The notes beneath the pieces are model-generated. The model did no database searches and was not told where the DNA came from. It saw only the letters and a program-made list of their open reading frames with translations. DNA of 64,000 nt from an uncultured Flavobacteriales bacterium (lineage in GTDB: Bacteria; Bacteroidota; Bacteroidia; Flavobacteriales; BACL11): contig CAXFOB010000002.1 of assembly GCA_964004625.1 (NCBI GenBank), forward strand, positions 510 through 64,509. The letters are read 5' to 3'. This document shows, in pieces, positions 16,510-26,986 of this stretch. Every line of letters starts with the position of its first letter. Positions within the stretch are counted from its first letter, which is position 1. Position numbers and translations under genes: made by a program.

Positions 16510-18843
16510 ATGAAAACAAAACTTATCATATTACTACTAATACCATTTATTGGTGTAGCTCAATTTCAAAATAAAAAAACATATAATATAAATAGAACCA
16601 ATAATATTCCTAATATTGATGGAGACTTAAATGATAATACTTGGAAATCATTAGATATTGCTAAGAATTTCACACAATTAGAACCAAATAATGGTATGAA
16701 GGAAAGAAGTCATCAAAGAACAGAAGTAAAAATCTGTTATGATGATAGAAATATTTATTTTGGTGTAATGATGTATGATAATGCTCCAGATAGTATTTTA
16801 ACAGAATTGTCAAAAAGAGATGAAGATAATAAAAACTTTGATGGATTTGGGGTTTGGATAAACCCCTTTAATGATGGACAAATTGAATATAACTTCTTTA
16901 TCACAGCTGCAGGAGTACAAATAGATAGAAAATTCTCTTCTACAGGAACAGATCCTAGATGGGATGCAGTATGGAAATCTGCAGTTAATATAAATGAAGA
17001 TGGATGGAGTACTGAATTTGCGATTCCTTTTTCATCATTAAGGTTTTCAAATGATGGTAACCCATGGGCTATAAATATGTCGAGGAGTTTAAGAAGATAT
17101 AGAGAAGTATATTCTTGGAATCCAATTGATGTATCTTTTTCTAATATTGCTTTACAAGCTGGATTACTAAATGGAATTACAGATGTCAAATCCCCAGTAC
17201 GTTTATCATTCATACCTTACGCTTCAATATACACAAACATATCTGAGGGTGAAATAAGCAACCCATATAACTATGGAATGGATCTAAAATATGGAATAAA
17301 TGAAAGTTTCACATTAGATATGACATTAATACCTGACTTTGGACAAGTAGCATCTGATGCTGAAATTTTAAATCTTTCTCCTTTTGAAGTTCGATATAAT
17401 GAAAATAGACAGTTCTTCAATGAAGGTACAGAGCTATTCAATAAAGGAGATAATATGTTTTATAGTAGAAGAATTCAAGACGACCTAATAAATGCAACTA
17501 AAGTTTCTGGAAGAACAAAAAATGGTTTAGGTTTTGCAACTCTAAATGCAATTACAAACCAAACAGAAAATAAACCTCTAACTAATTATAATGTAATGAT
17601 CTTTGATCAAATCTTTGGAAACAATTCTTCGATTAGTTTGATGAATTCCAATATGATTCAAGATAGTTATAATAGAGATGCAAATGTATTAGGTTTATTT
17701 ACCTCAATAAATAATAAAACTAATACATATAACTATTCTGGAAAAATAAAAATGAGTCAGGAATTTGAAAATAATAATATAACCCAAGGATACTCAGGAT
17801 CTTTATCTGCATCAAAAAGCAGTGGAAAATACCGTTATAATATCTGGAGTTATTTTGAAGATGACAAATTTAATCCAAATGATTTAGGATACCTTCAAGC
17901 AAACAATGAGATTAAATCAGGTTTTGCAATAAGTTATAACCAACTAAAAGAAAATAAAAAGTTCATTACATCCAAAGCTGAATATGATATGAGTTATACT
18001 TCCTTATATTCAAACGGAAATGGTTCTAGTCCATTTGTAAACCTAGATCTTAGTTTAGATGGAAGTATAACCTTTAAGAATTACCTCTCAGTATGGGGAA
18101 AAATACGTATTCAACCAATCAATGGAAATGATTTTTATGAAGCAAGAACCGGTAACTTTATGACTCCAATAAAAACATCAAAATTATTTAAATCAAGAAT
18201 GCATTTCTCTACTGATTATAGAAAAAAAATAGCCGTAGATGTAAGTATTGGAGGAAATATACAGCCATTGTATAATGGATATTCATATCATTGGAGAATT
18301 TCTCCTCGATATAGAATTAATGATAAAATATCAATGAAGTATGTGGTCTCAGTAGAAAATAAATATAATGATATTGGTTTTGTTACCAATGACACACTAG
18401 GTATATTTATTCAACCCCCAGAAATTAGATACATATTTGGAATAAGGGATGTATTTATGATTACTAATGTGTTAGAAGGATCCTACATATTAAATAACAG
18501 AATGAACCTAACAAGCAAATTAAGACACTATTGGAGTGGGGTTAAGTATAACAATACAGAATATGTATCATTAAATTCAGATGGATACACAACTCCAATA
18601 GAACATTATAGTGGAAACAATACTAATTTTAATACATGGACAATTGACATGTCTCTGAATTGGCGGTTTGCTCCTGGAAGTCAGATGAGTGTTGTTTGGA
18701 AAAATTCCATGGAAGATTATAATAATATATTGACGACAGATTGGTTAGATAATATTAATAATACTTTTAATACAATACCTCAAAATAGTTTATCTTTTAA
18801 AATTGTATATTATTTAGATTATCTTTACTTTCGTAAAAAATAA
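16510..18843 (+). CDS. outer-membrane-type protein, carbohydrate-binding family 9-like N-domain plus DUF5916-like barrel
   Basis: Signal peptide, then the IDGDLND..W block typical of CBM9-like domains. A long beta-rich region ends in aromatic residues. The family assignment is from memory. Confidence 0.55.
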   Translation: MKTKLIILLLIPFIGVAQFQNKKTYNINRTNNIPNIDGDLNDNTWKSLDIAKNFTQLEPNNGMKERSHQRTEVKICYDDRNIYFGVMMYDNAPDSILTELSKRDEDNKNFDGFGVWINPFNDGQIEYNFFITAAGVQIDRKFSSTGTDPRWDAVWKSAVNINEDGWSTEFAIPFSSLRFSNDGNPWAINMSRSLRRYREVYSWNPIDVSFSNIALQAGLLNGITDVKSPVRLSFIPYASIYTNISEGEISNPYNYGMDLKYGINESFTLDMTLIPDFGQVASDAEILNLSPFEVRYNENRQFFNEGTELFNKGDNMFYSRRIQDDLINATKVSGRTKNGLGFATLNAITNQTENKPLTNYNVMIFDQIFGNNSSISLMNSNMIQDSYNRDANVLGLFTSINNKTNTYNYSGKIKMSQEFENNNITQGYSGSLSASKSSGKYRYNIWSYFEDDKFNPNDLGYLQANNEIKSGFAISYNQLKENKKFITSKAEYDMSYTSLYSNGNGSSPFVNLDLSLDGSITFKNYLSVWGKIRIQPINGNDFYEARTGNFMTPIKTSKLFKSRMHFSTDYRKKIAVDVSIGGNIQPLYNGYSYHWRISPRYRINDKISMKYVVSVENKYNDIGFVTNDTLGIFIQPPEIRYIFGIRDVFMITNVLEGSYILNNRMNLTSKLRHYWSGVKYNNTEYVSLNSDGYTTPIEHYSGNNTNFNTWTIDMSLNWRFAPGSQMSVVWKNSMEDYNNILTTDWLDNINNTFNTIPQNSLSFKIVYYLDYLYFRKK

Positions 18844-19496
18844 TGATAAAAGCAAAGGACATACATCTTAATTACGGAGAATTAAAAGTCTTAAAAGGAG
18901 TAAATCTAAATATTGAAAAAGGAGATTTTGTATCTATTGTAGGATCCTCAGGAGCAGGTAAAACAACTCTACTTCAACTAATTGGTACTCTAGAAAATCC
19001 TACAGAAGGAAGTATAGAAATAAACGGAACTGATATCACAAAACTATCAGAGCAAGAATTATCTTCATTCAGAAATAAAAATATAGGTTTTGTTTTTCAA
19101 TTTCACAATCTATTAGCAGAATTTACAGCACTTGAAAATGTATGTTTACCTGCTTTTCTAAATGGAGAAAATAGAAAAGATGTTGAACAACGAGCTTTGG
19201 AATTATTAAAACTTCTAAATATAGAAAATAGAAAAGATCATAAACCAAACGAACTTTCAGGTGGAGAACAACAAAGAGTAGCTGTTGCAAGAGCACTAAT
19301 CAACTCAGCATCTATTATTTTGGCGGATGAGCCAAGTGGAAATTTGGACTCAAAAAATGCTGAAGAATTGCATAATTTACTACTAAAGTTAAATAAAGAC
19401 ATGGGACAAACGATAGTAGTAGTCACTCACAATAACAATCTAGCAAATATTACCCAGAAAAAGATAGAAATAAAAGATGGGGTAATTAAAAAATAA
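18843..19496 (+). CDS. ABC transporter ATP-binding protein (LolD/MacB-type ATPase)
   Basis: Walker A GSSGAGKTT, signature LSGGEQQRVAVARAL, Walker B ILADEPSGNLD, H-loop VTHN. The ATG overlaps the upstream stop (TAATG). Confidence 0.8.
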   Translation: MIKAKDIHLNYGELKVLKGVNLNIEKGDFVSIVGSSGAGKTTLLQLIGTLENPTEGSIEINGTDITKLSEQELSSFRNKNIGFVFQFHNLLAEFTALENVCLPAFLNGENRKDVEQRALELLKLLNIENRKDHKPNELSGGEQQRVAVARALINSASIILADEPSGNLDSKNAEELHNLLLKLNKDMGQTIVVVTHNNNLANITQKKIEIKDGVIKK

Positions 19497-19537
19497 CAAA
19501 TTAAATCAAAAATAGCACGCTACTTTTTAAAATTGCT

Positions 19538-19545
19538 TAATTTTG
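19538..19545 (+). promoter_or_regulatory. putative -7 promoter box (TAATTTTG) for the BatA-domain gene
   Basis: Exact TAnnTTTG match 7 nt upstream of the ATG at 19553. Confidence 0.45.
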
Positions 19546-19552
19546 CACTTTG

Positions 19553-21565
19553 ATGAGATATCAAAACCCACAGTTTCTATACTTTCTTTTTGTAATCGCA
19601 ATCCCTATTTTAATTCACTTATTTAACCTAAAAAAATATAAAACTGTATACTTTTCCAATGTGTCCTTTTTAAAGGAAATTAAGTCCGAAAAACGTAAAA
19701 GAAATCATTTAAAACAAATATTAATACTAATTAGTAGGGTACTTACTATATCTGCAATTATTCTTGTATTTTCCAAACCCTACTCCCCTCTTTCAGAAAA
19801 TGAACATGCTAGATTAAACACCTTTATTTATATAGATAACTCTTTTAGCATGGATGACATATCAAGAAATGGGAGACTACTAGATATAGCAAAAGAAAAA
19901 TCTATAAAAATATTAGAAAATTTAGATAACAATAATAACTTTTGGATTATTACTAATGACTTTACATCTACTGAAAATATATCTAAAAATAAAGAAGAGT
20001 CTAAAAAATATATTCTAAATATAAATAACTCTTCTAAAAATAGGAAAAAATCGGAAATTATTGACAAAATAAAAAGTATAAACACAAATCATTCTACTCT
20101 ATTTTTAGTTTCAGATTTTCAAAAATCATCTAGCAATATAAGCAAATTTATATCTGAAGACTCTCTTATAAAAACAGTATTAGTACCGCTAGAAAAAGAT
20201 TTAAACAACAATATAAGTATTGATAGCTGTTATTTTAAAAACAATTCTGAAAACAACTCTATCCTCTCTGCTTTAATAACCAACCATTCTAATTCTAAAA
20301 AGGAGGAGATCGTTGTTAAATTAGAAATAAACAAACAACATAAAACACAACAAGTTATCTCTCTACTTTCTAAAGAAACCAAGGAAATAGACCTAAACTT
20401 TATAACAAAAAATACAAGTAATATCAGAGGAATAATTAGCATAGAAGATCACCCTATTTCTTTTGATAATAAATTATTTTTCAGTTATCAAATAGAGAAC
20501 AATATAAAAGTATGTCAGATTTATGAAACAGAAAATTATAATATCAAAAAATTATTCTCATCAGAAGAAAATATACAATATAGTTCACAAAACATAAATC
20601 AGTTAGACATAAATACTTTAAAGAAGCAAAAACTTATACTAATAAATGAAGTTACTGATTTTAGTTCAGGATTTATTTCTACAATACAATCCTATATTGA
20701 AGAAGGAGGAAGTGTTTGTATTATTCCTTGTAAAGAGATGAATTCTGAAGCGTACAATTCCTTTTTAAGCAGTATAAACACCAATTTGTTTCTTAACAAT
20801 TCTGATATAGAAACTAAAATATCAGAGTTAAACTTAAATCATCCAATATTTAACAATGTATTTAGTAGTAAACAACTTAGAGATGATATTGATTTAGCAA
20901 GTGTTTATAATTATTACCATTTAAACAACAAGACTACAGTCCTAAAAGAAAGTATTTATAAACTAGAAAATGGGGACGACTTCTTGAATTACTACACTAA
21001 TAAAAAAGGAGAAATATACTTGTTCACCTCTCCTTTATCTGAAGGGAATAATTTCAGTAAACATGCTTTGTTTGTTACAACACTTTATAACATGGCTCTT
21101 CATTCTGTAAAATCAGATATATTGTATTATACAATTAATAAGAAATCCGATATAAAACTAAAAAACACTAATCCACAACTAGAAAACATATACCATCTAA
21201 AAGCAGAAAATATAGATATAATCGCTGATTATTTACACAAAAGTAACTCTGCATTTCTTTCTACTCATAATCAGATAAAAAATGCGAATCATTATGAATT
21301 AACTCAAGAAGACCAATTACTTCAATTTATTTCATTTAATTACTCAAGAGAAGAAAGTAATACAGAGCAGTATAAGGAGGAAGATATAACAAACTATATA
21401 AGTTCCAATAATATAAAAAATGTATCTGTTTTTTCTGAAAACAATACTATAATTGAAAGCATAAAAGAATTAGAAAACAATAAAGAATACTGGAAACTCT
21501 TTGTTTTATTATCTCTAGTATTTATTACAATTGAAATTTTACTTATTAAAAAAATACAATCATGA
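19553..21565 (+). CDS. BatA-domain (aerotolerance-regulator N-terminal) membrane protein
   Basis: The N-terminus FLYFLFVIAIPILIHLFNLKKYKTVYFSNVSFLKE matches the BatA_N pattern. There is a C-terminal TM helix, and the protein is very Asn/Lys/Ile-rich. Confidence 0.6.
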   Translation: MRYQNPQFLYFLFVIAIPILIHLFNLKKYKTVYFSNVSFLKEIKSEKRKRNHLKQILILISRVLTISAIILVFSKPYSPLSENEHARLNTFIYIDNSFSMDDISRNGRLLDIAKEKSIKILENLDNNNNFWIITNDFTSTENISKNKEESKKYILNINNSSKNRKKSEIIDKIKSINTNHSTLFLVSDFQKSSSNISKFISEDSLIKTVLVPLEKDLNNNISIDSCYFKNNSENNSILSALITNHSNSKKEEIVVKLEINKQHKTQQVISLLSKETKEIDLNFITKNTSNIRGIISIEDHPISFDNKLFFSYQIENNIKVCQIYETENYNIKKLFSSEENIQYSSQNINQLDINTLKKQKLILINEVTDFSSGFISTIQSYIEEGGSVCIIPCKEMNSEAYNSFLSSINTNLFLNNSDIETKISELNLNHPIFNNVFSSKQLRDDIDLASVYNYYHLNNKTTVLKESIYKLENGDDFLNYYTNKKGEIYLFTSPLSEGNNFSKHALFVTTLYNMALHSVKSDILYYTINKKSDIKLKNTNPQLENIYHLKAENIDIIADYLHKSNSAFLSTHNQIKNANHYELTQEDQLLQFISFNYSREESNTEQYKEEDITNYISSNNIKNVSVFSENNTIIESIKELENNKEYWKLFVLLSLVFITIEILLIKKIQS

Positions 21566-22830
21566 AAGTAATCCTAAAATCAGCCAGAATAATTGATGTA
21601 AATTCCAAACATCATAATAAAGTAAAAGATGTACTTATTGAAGATGGAATCATTACCAAAATAGATAAAAATATTACTAAAAAAGGAGTTGATAAGTATT
21701 CAGAAAAAAACCTACATCTATCTACAGGATGGATGGACATGCACTCTAACTTTAGAGAACCTGGATTTGAATACAAAGATGATTTAAAATCAGGTGTACA
21801 ATCCGCAATAAAAGGAGGTTTTACTTCTGTTTTACTAATGCCTCAAACACAACCTGTAATTGATAGTAAGTCTCATGTGGAATTTATAAAACACAATACA
21901 AAAGGAAGTATTGTAGATGTACATACTTCAGGCAGTATAACTAAAAATATAGAGGGTAATGATTTAGTTGAAATGCACGATATGAATTCTGCAAAATGTA
22001 GAACATTTACAGATGATAAAAAATCTGTAAATAGAAACGAAGTGATGAAACTGGCACTTTTATACAGTAAGGATTTTGACGGATTAATTATGAACTATCC
22101 TAACGACAAAAGTATTTTTAATAATGGAAAAATGAATGAGGGAGTAATGAGTACTTATCTAGGGTTAAAAGGAATATCAAACATAGCGGAAGAAATAATG
22201 GTAGACAGAGATTTAAGCCTTGCAAAATATACAGGTGGAAATCTTCACTTATCCTACATTTCTACAAAAGAGTCGGTAAATAAAATAAAAAGAGCTAAAA
22301 AAGAAGGAGTACATATAACTGCAGATGTATCGATAAACAACCTAGTAATTACAGATGAAAAGTTAAAGACTTTCGACACAAGATACAAGGTTCTTCCTCC
22401 ACTTAGAACTAAAAAAGATAATTCTGCACTTATAAAAGGACTAAAAAACGGAACAATAGATGTAATTTGTTCAGACCATTCTCCAGAAGATGAGGAAAAT
22501 AAAAGAACGGAATTTGATAATGCAGCTTTTGGAGTACTTGGATTAGAAACCTTATTTGGACTTTTAGGAAAACATGTCAGTAAAGATCTTAAACTTGAAG
22601 AAATTATAGAAAAGATATCTACGAATCCTAGAAGAATTGCATTAAAAGAAGAGTTAAAAATTGAAGAAGGAGGAAGAGCAAATATCACCTTGTTTAATCC
22701 TGAACTAGAATGGAAATTAAGTGAAAAAGATATTAAATCTAAATCTAAAAATACACCTTTTATAGGAGAGGAACTTAAAGGAAAAGCTCTTGCAATCTAT
22801 AATAACAATCAGTTTGTTATTATTGACTAA
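21562..22830 (+). CDS. dihydroorotase-like amidohydrolase (metal-ligand histidines apparently degenerate)
   Basis: Class I DHOase architecture (REPG, MPQTQP, VDRDL.LAKYTGG, SDHSP). However, the HxH motif reads H-S-N and two further His positions read Tyr. Confidence 0.75.
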   Translation: MKVILKSARIIDVNSKHHNKVKDVLIEDGIITKIDKNITKKGVDKYSEKNLHLSTGWMDMHSNFREPGFEYKDDLKSGVQSAIKGGFTSVLLMPQTQPVIDSKSHVEFIKHNTKGSIVDVHTSGSITKNIEGNDLVEMHDMNSAKCRTFTDDKKSVNRNEVMKLALLYSKDFDGLIMNYPNDKSIFNNGKMNEGVMSTYLGLKGISNIAEEIMVDRDLSLAKYTGGNLHLSYISTKESVNKIKRAKKEGVHITADVSINNLVITDEKLKTFDTRYKVLPPLRTKKDNSALIKGLKNGTIDVICSDHSPEDEENKRTEFDNAAFGVLGLETLFGLLGKHVSKDLKLEEIIEKISTNPRRIALKEELKIEEGGRANITLFNPELEWKLSEKDIKSKSKNTPFIGEELKGKALAIYNNNQFVIID

Positions 22831-23638
22831 TAAAGTCGATTGTCTTATCGACCACCAGTTGTAAATTAGCAGGTAATTCTTCTGAATTATATGGATGAGA
22901 GGCTCCAAATACATGATCTGCATCTTTTACTATAAATAATTCAGAATTTAGATTCCATTTATGTAAATCTTCTGCCTCTTTTACTAAAACTGTAGGATCT
23001 GAATCTCCATGAATAATTAACTGAGGTATAGACAAGTTACTTACTGATTTCTGTATATCTAATCTATCTTTGTTTTCTATACAATCAGTATAAAATTGAA
23101 GGTACAAAGGCATGTTTTGTTTAGTTCTGCCATTGTATATAAATGCAACACCTTTCTCTTTCCATAAGTTAATTCTATCTTTTGTCATTCTATTTAAAAA
23201 GTTGGATGGAGAAGCCCAACTAACTATATTTTTTATTCTTTTATCAGAGCTTGCTTTTAACATAGAAATCCCACCTCCTCTACTATGTCCTAACAATGTT
23301 ATTTCAGCACTTTTAAATTTTTCACAAATCCAATCTATAACTTTATCTAAATCATATAATTCTTTAGACAAATTGTTATTTCCGAAAGATTCTAAGTCCT
23401 CAAAATCTGTAGGATTTTCTAATGTTGTTCCGTTATGAGAAAAATTAAACTTTACAAACACAAAGTCATTTTCTGCAAAATATCTAGAAACTAGAGGAAA
23501 ACATCCCCAATCTTTAAATCCTTTAAATCCATGAGAAAAAATGACAACTTTTCTGTTTTCTGATTCACCTTTATAAAGTAGGTCTACTAAAATTTCTTTA
23601 GATCTACTTCCTTTTATTGTGTGTTGCAGTGCTTTCAT
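22820..23638 (-). CDS. alpha/beta hydrolase
   Basis: Nucleophile elbow GHSRGG, a late IHGDSDP block and the DADH motif. It overlaps the converging DHOase-like gene by 11 nt. Confidence 0.7.
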   Translation of the reverse strand: MKALQHTIKGSRSKEILVDLLYKGESENRKVVIFSHGFKGFKDWGCFPLVSRYFAENDFVFVKFNFSHNGTTLENPTDFEDLESFGNNNLSKELYDLDKVIDWICEKFKSAEITLLGHSRGGGISMLKASSDKRIKNIVSWASPSNFLNRMTKDRINLWKEKGVAFIYNGRTKQNMPLYLQFYTDCIENKDRLDIQKSVSNLSIPQLIIHGDSDPTVLVKEAEDLHKWNLNSELFIVKDADHVFGASHPYNSEELPANLQLVVDKTIDFISQ

Positions 23639-23639
23639 A

Positions 23640-25511
23640 TTATATTAATTCATCTAGTTCCATCCACCTAAAACTCTTTTCATCTATAAGAGAAACTAAT
23701 TCAGATAATCGTTTGGAATTTTCTACAATTTCATCTACTTCTAAGTTTGGATTTAATAGAGATTTTTCTAAATGATCTTTCTCTTTTTCTAATTGTTCTA
23801 TTTCTTTTTCTAATTCTCCATATTCGTATTTTTCTTTATAAGAAACTTTTCTTTTATCTATTTGTTCATTAGGACTATTCTGCTTTTTCTCTACAGATCT
23901 CAATTGTTTATCTTCTCCTCTTTGTAGATCTCTATATTCTGAATAATTTCCATAGAAATCTTTAACAAGTCCCTTTCCTTTAAAAACAAACATATGATCA
24001 CTTAATTTGTCCATAAAATACCTATCATGAGAAACTATAATCAAACAACCTTTAAAATCCATCAGAAACTCCTCTAGTTTAGTTAGAGTGAGTAAATCTA
24101 AATCGTTAGTAGGTTCGTCTAGTATTAAAAAGTTGGGGTTCTTCATCAGAACAGTAAGTAAGTAGAGTCTTCTTTTTTCTCCACCACTCAATTTACTTAC
24201 ATAAGTATATTGCATTTCTGGAGTAAACATAAAATGTTCCAACATCTGTGAAGCTGATATTTTACTTCCGTTAGCAAGTACAATAACATCTGCTATCTCT
24301 TTTAAAACCTCTATTACTCTTTTATCCTCTTTTACTTTTATTCCTCCTTGAGAGAAGTATCCGTACACAATGGTTTCTCCTACATTTACTTTTCCACTAT
24401 CTACTGGTTCTTTTCCTGTAAGTATATTTAAAAAAGTGCTTTTCCCCACTCCATTATTCCCTAGTACTCCTATTCTTTCCCCTTTTTTAAAAGTGTAGCT
24501 GAATCCATCTAAAACACAAAGATCTCCAAAGGATTTTCGGATATTTTTCAGTTCTAATATTTTACCACCCACCCTACTCATTTTCACTTCTAGTTTTAAA
24601 TTTGTCTTCTTTTTTCCTGACTTAGCTTTTTCCTTTATTCTTTCAAAACTCTGCAACCTAGATTTTGATTTGGTAGTTCTGGCTTTCGGAGACCTTCTGA
24701 CCCATTCCAACTCCTTTTTCATGAGTTTATTTGCTTTTTGTATTTCTACATCAAAATTGGTTTCTCTTTCTTCTCTCTTTTGTAAAAAGAAGGAGTAATT
24801 TCCTTTATGGTGGTAAAGTTGTCCATTTTCAAGTTCTAAGATATGGTTACAAACATTTTCCAGGAAATATCTGTCGTGGGTAACCATTAGTAGTGTTATT
24901 TTCTGTTGAGAAAGGTATTTTTCGAGCCACTCTATCATTTCTACATCTAGATGATTAGTTGGTTCATCTAATAATAAGATGTCTGCCTCATCAATTAACA
25001 AAAGAGACAAAGCCAGTCTTTTCTTTTGACCTCCAGATAAATCCCCAACTTTCTGATTTAAATCTGAAAATTTGAATTTACTAAGTATTTGCTCTATTCT
25101 TCTTTTGTAATCCCATGCAGAATACTGATCCATTAGTACAGTCAACTCCTCTAATTGCCTTTGGTTTACTTTAGAAAAATCTTCTGTTTGCTTTGCTACT
25201 GCTTTTTCGTACTCTACAATTAGTTTACTTACTCTACTTTGTGCGCTATCTACTAATTGCTGAATAGAAAGATTTTCATCAAAATCTGAATCTTGAGATA
25301 GATAACCTACTTCTACACCTTTACGAAACACCACTTCTCCTGATGAGGAAACGTCTTTTCCGGTAATAATTTTAAGCAAAGAAGATTTACCTGTACCGTT
25401 ATTAGCAATAAGAGCCATCTTATCTCCTTTGCTAAGTCCGAAACTTAAATCTTCAAATAAAATACGAGCACCATAATCTTTGGATAACTTTTCAACTGAA
25501 AGTAAATTCAT
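23640..25511 (-). CDS. ABC-F family ATPase (Uup/YbiT-like)
   Basis: Two complete ABC cassettes (NGTGKSS / NGVGKST, two LSGG signatures), no TM domain, a charged inter-domain linker and a coiled-coil C-terminus. Confidence 0.85.
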   Translation of the reverse strand: MNLLSVEKLSKDYGARILFEDLSFGLSKGDKMALIANNGTGKSSLLKIITGKDVSSSGEVVFRKGVEVGYLSQDSDFDENLSIQQLVDSAQSRVSKLIVEYEKAVAKQTEDFSKVNQRQLEELTVLMDQYSAWDYKRRIEQILSKFKFSDLNQKVGDLSGGQKKRLALSLLLIDEADILLLDEPTNHLDVEMIEWLEKYLSQQKITLLMVTHDRYFLENVCNHILELENGQLYHHKGNYSFFLQKREERETNFDVEIQKANKLMKKELEWVRRSPKARTTKSKSRLQSFERIKEKAKSGKKKTNLKLEVKMSRVGGKILELKNIRKSFGDLCVLDGFSYTFKKGERIGVLGNNGVGKSTFLNILTGKEPVDSGKVNVGETIVYGYFSQGGIKVKEDKRVIEVLKEIADVIVLANGSKISASQMLEHFMFTPEMQYTYVSKLSGGEKRRLYLLTVLMKNPNFLILDEPTNDLDLLTLTKLEEFLMDFKGCLIIVSHDRYFMDKLSDHMFVFKGKGLVKDFYGNYSEYRDLQRGEDKQLRSVEKKQNSPNEQIDKRKVSYKEKYEYGELEKEIEQLEKEKDHLEKSLLNPNLEVDEIVENSKRLSELVSLIDEKSFRWMELDELI

Positions 25512-25516
25512 AAAGG

Positions 25517-25524
25517 CAAAAGTA
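25517..25524 (-). promoter_or_regulatory. putative -7 promoter box (TACTTTTG) for the ABC-F gene
   Basis: Exact TAnnTTTG match on the minus strand, 5 nt upstream of the ATG at 25511. Confidence 0.4.
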
Positions 25525-25565
25525 AAGAAAAAAATAGAAGAAGAAATTCTTAATCTACTCTACAA

Positions 25566-26909
25566 TTATTTCCTTCTTCTGTTTGCTCCTTTATCTCCCC
25601 TACTTTTCGGTTTCTTGTATTTAACTCTTCTTTCTTTTCTCCACTTATCCCTATCGTTTATCTTTAGGTTTTTCTCTTTCTTCTCATGAAAAGCTGGGTT
25701 TTTCTCTACTTTTTTTACATTTCTATAAAAATTCTTACCGTTTGACTTATGTTCTTCCTCCGTTAACTGCTGAATTATCTGTACTTGATCTGGAATATTT
25801 AATTCCGGAATTTTATACTGCATTAAATCTTCAATATATGTTTTATATTTTTCTTCTCTTTCAGTAAAAAAGAGAATTGATTTACCCTTTTCTTCTGCTC
25901 TTCCAGTTCTACCAATTCTGTGTATGTAGTTTTCTGCATATATTGGTGTGTCAAAATTAATAACATGAGAAATTTTATCTAAATCTAATCCTCTAGCAAT
26001 AATATCTGTTGCTACTAATATCCTACAACTTCCTTCATCATATCTCTTTATAGATTTAAACCTATAATTCTGAGATTTATTAGAATGAATTACTGCAATA
26101 TCCGACACAAAAAACTCTTCTAAAGAATCAAATAATCGATCGGCAATCTTTTTAGAAGAAACAAATATTACAACCTTCTTCATTTCCTCCTTATCTCTCA
26201 ATAAATGACTTAATAAATTTACTTTAGTGTAATAATTCGGAACACTATATTTAGTTTGAGATATATTATCTAAAGGAGTACCACTTAATGCTATTTGAAT
26301 TCTTTCGTACCTGATAAAAGATGAAGAAATTAATAAATCTACTTCTTCCGTCATAGTTGCAGAGAACATGATATTTTGTCTTTTATCTTGTAGCAACTCA
26401 AATATATTAATAAGCTGAGGACGGAAACCTAAATCTAACATTACATCTACTTCATCAATAACTAATTTTTTAATACCCTTTAGTTGAACCGCCCTACATA
26501 AAGCCAAATCATATAATCTACCAGGTGTTGCAACAACAATATCTGCTCCATCTTGCAACATTATTTTCTGAGTATTCATGTTTGTACCACCATAAACTCC
26601 AATAATTCTACACGTTATGTATTCTGTTAAACTTTCAAGAGTGCCCACAACTTGATCTACTAATTCTCGGGTAGGAACTAAAATAAGTATTCTTGGATTA
26701 CTCTGATTCGAATAACTTAATTCCTGCAATAAAGGTAAACAATAAGCAATAGTTTTTCCTGTACCGGTTTGCGCAATACCAACTAGATCTATACCACTAA
26801 GTATTTTAGAATAACTTTCTTCCTGGATAGGAGTCTGTTTTGTAAACCCTAAATCAGAAATAGCATTTTGTAATTGTTTATTTAAATTTATTTCAGAAAA
26901 ATCACTCAT
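25566..26909 (-). CDS. DEAD-box ATP-dependent RNA helicase
   Basis: Q-motif region, AQTGTGKT, PTRELV, DEVD (DEAD variant), SAT, HRIGRTGR, and a basic C-terminal tail. Confidence 0.9.
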   Translation of the reverse strand: MSDFSEINLNKQLQNAISDLGFTKQTPIQEESYSKILSGIDLVGIAQTGTGKTIAYCLPLLQELSYSNQSNPRILILVPTRELVDQVVGTLESLTEYITCRIIGVYGGTNMNTQKIMLQDGADIVVATPGRLYDLALCRAVQLKGIKKLVIDEVDVMLDLGFRPQLINIFELLQDKRQNIMFSATMTEEVDLLISSSFIRYERIQIALSGTPLDNISQTKYSVPNYYTKVNLLSHLLRDKEEMKKVVIFVSSKKIADRLFDSLEEFFVSDIAVIHSNKSQNYRFKSIKRYDEGSCRILVATDIIARGLDLDKISHVINFDTPIYAENYIHRIGRTGRAEEKGKSILFFTEREEKYKTYIEDLMQYKIPELNIPDQVQIIQQLTEEEHKSNGKNFYRNVKKVEKNPAFHEKKEKNLKINDRDKWRKERRVKYKKPKSRGDKGANRRRK

Positions 26910-26927
26910 AAGGAATTATAAATATTA

Positions 26928-26935
26928 CAAAAATA
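26928..26935 (-). promoter_or_regulatory. putative -7 promoter box (TATTTTTG) for the DEAD-box helicase
   Basis: Exact TAnnTTTG match on the minus strand, 18 nt upstream of the ATG at 26909. Confidence 0.5.
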
Positions 26936-26986
26936 GAAAGAAGATTTCTCTAATTCTTATTCCGCAACTAATTTCTTGGGTCTTAT

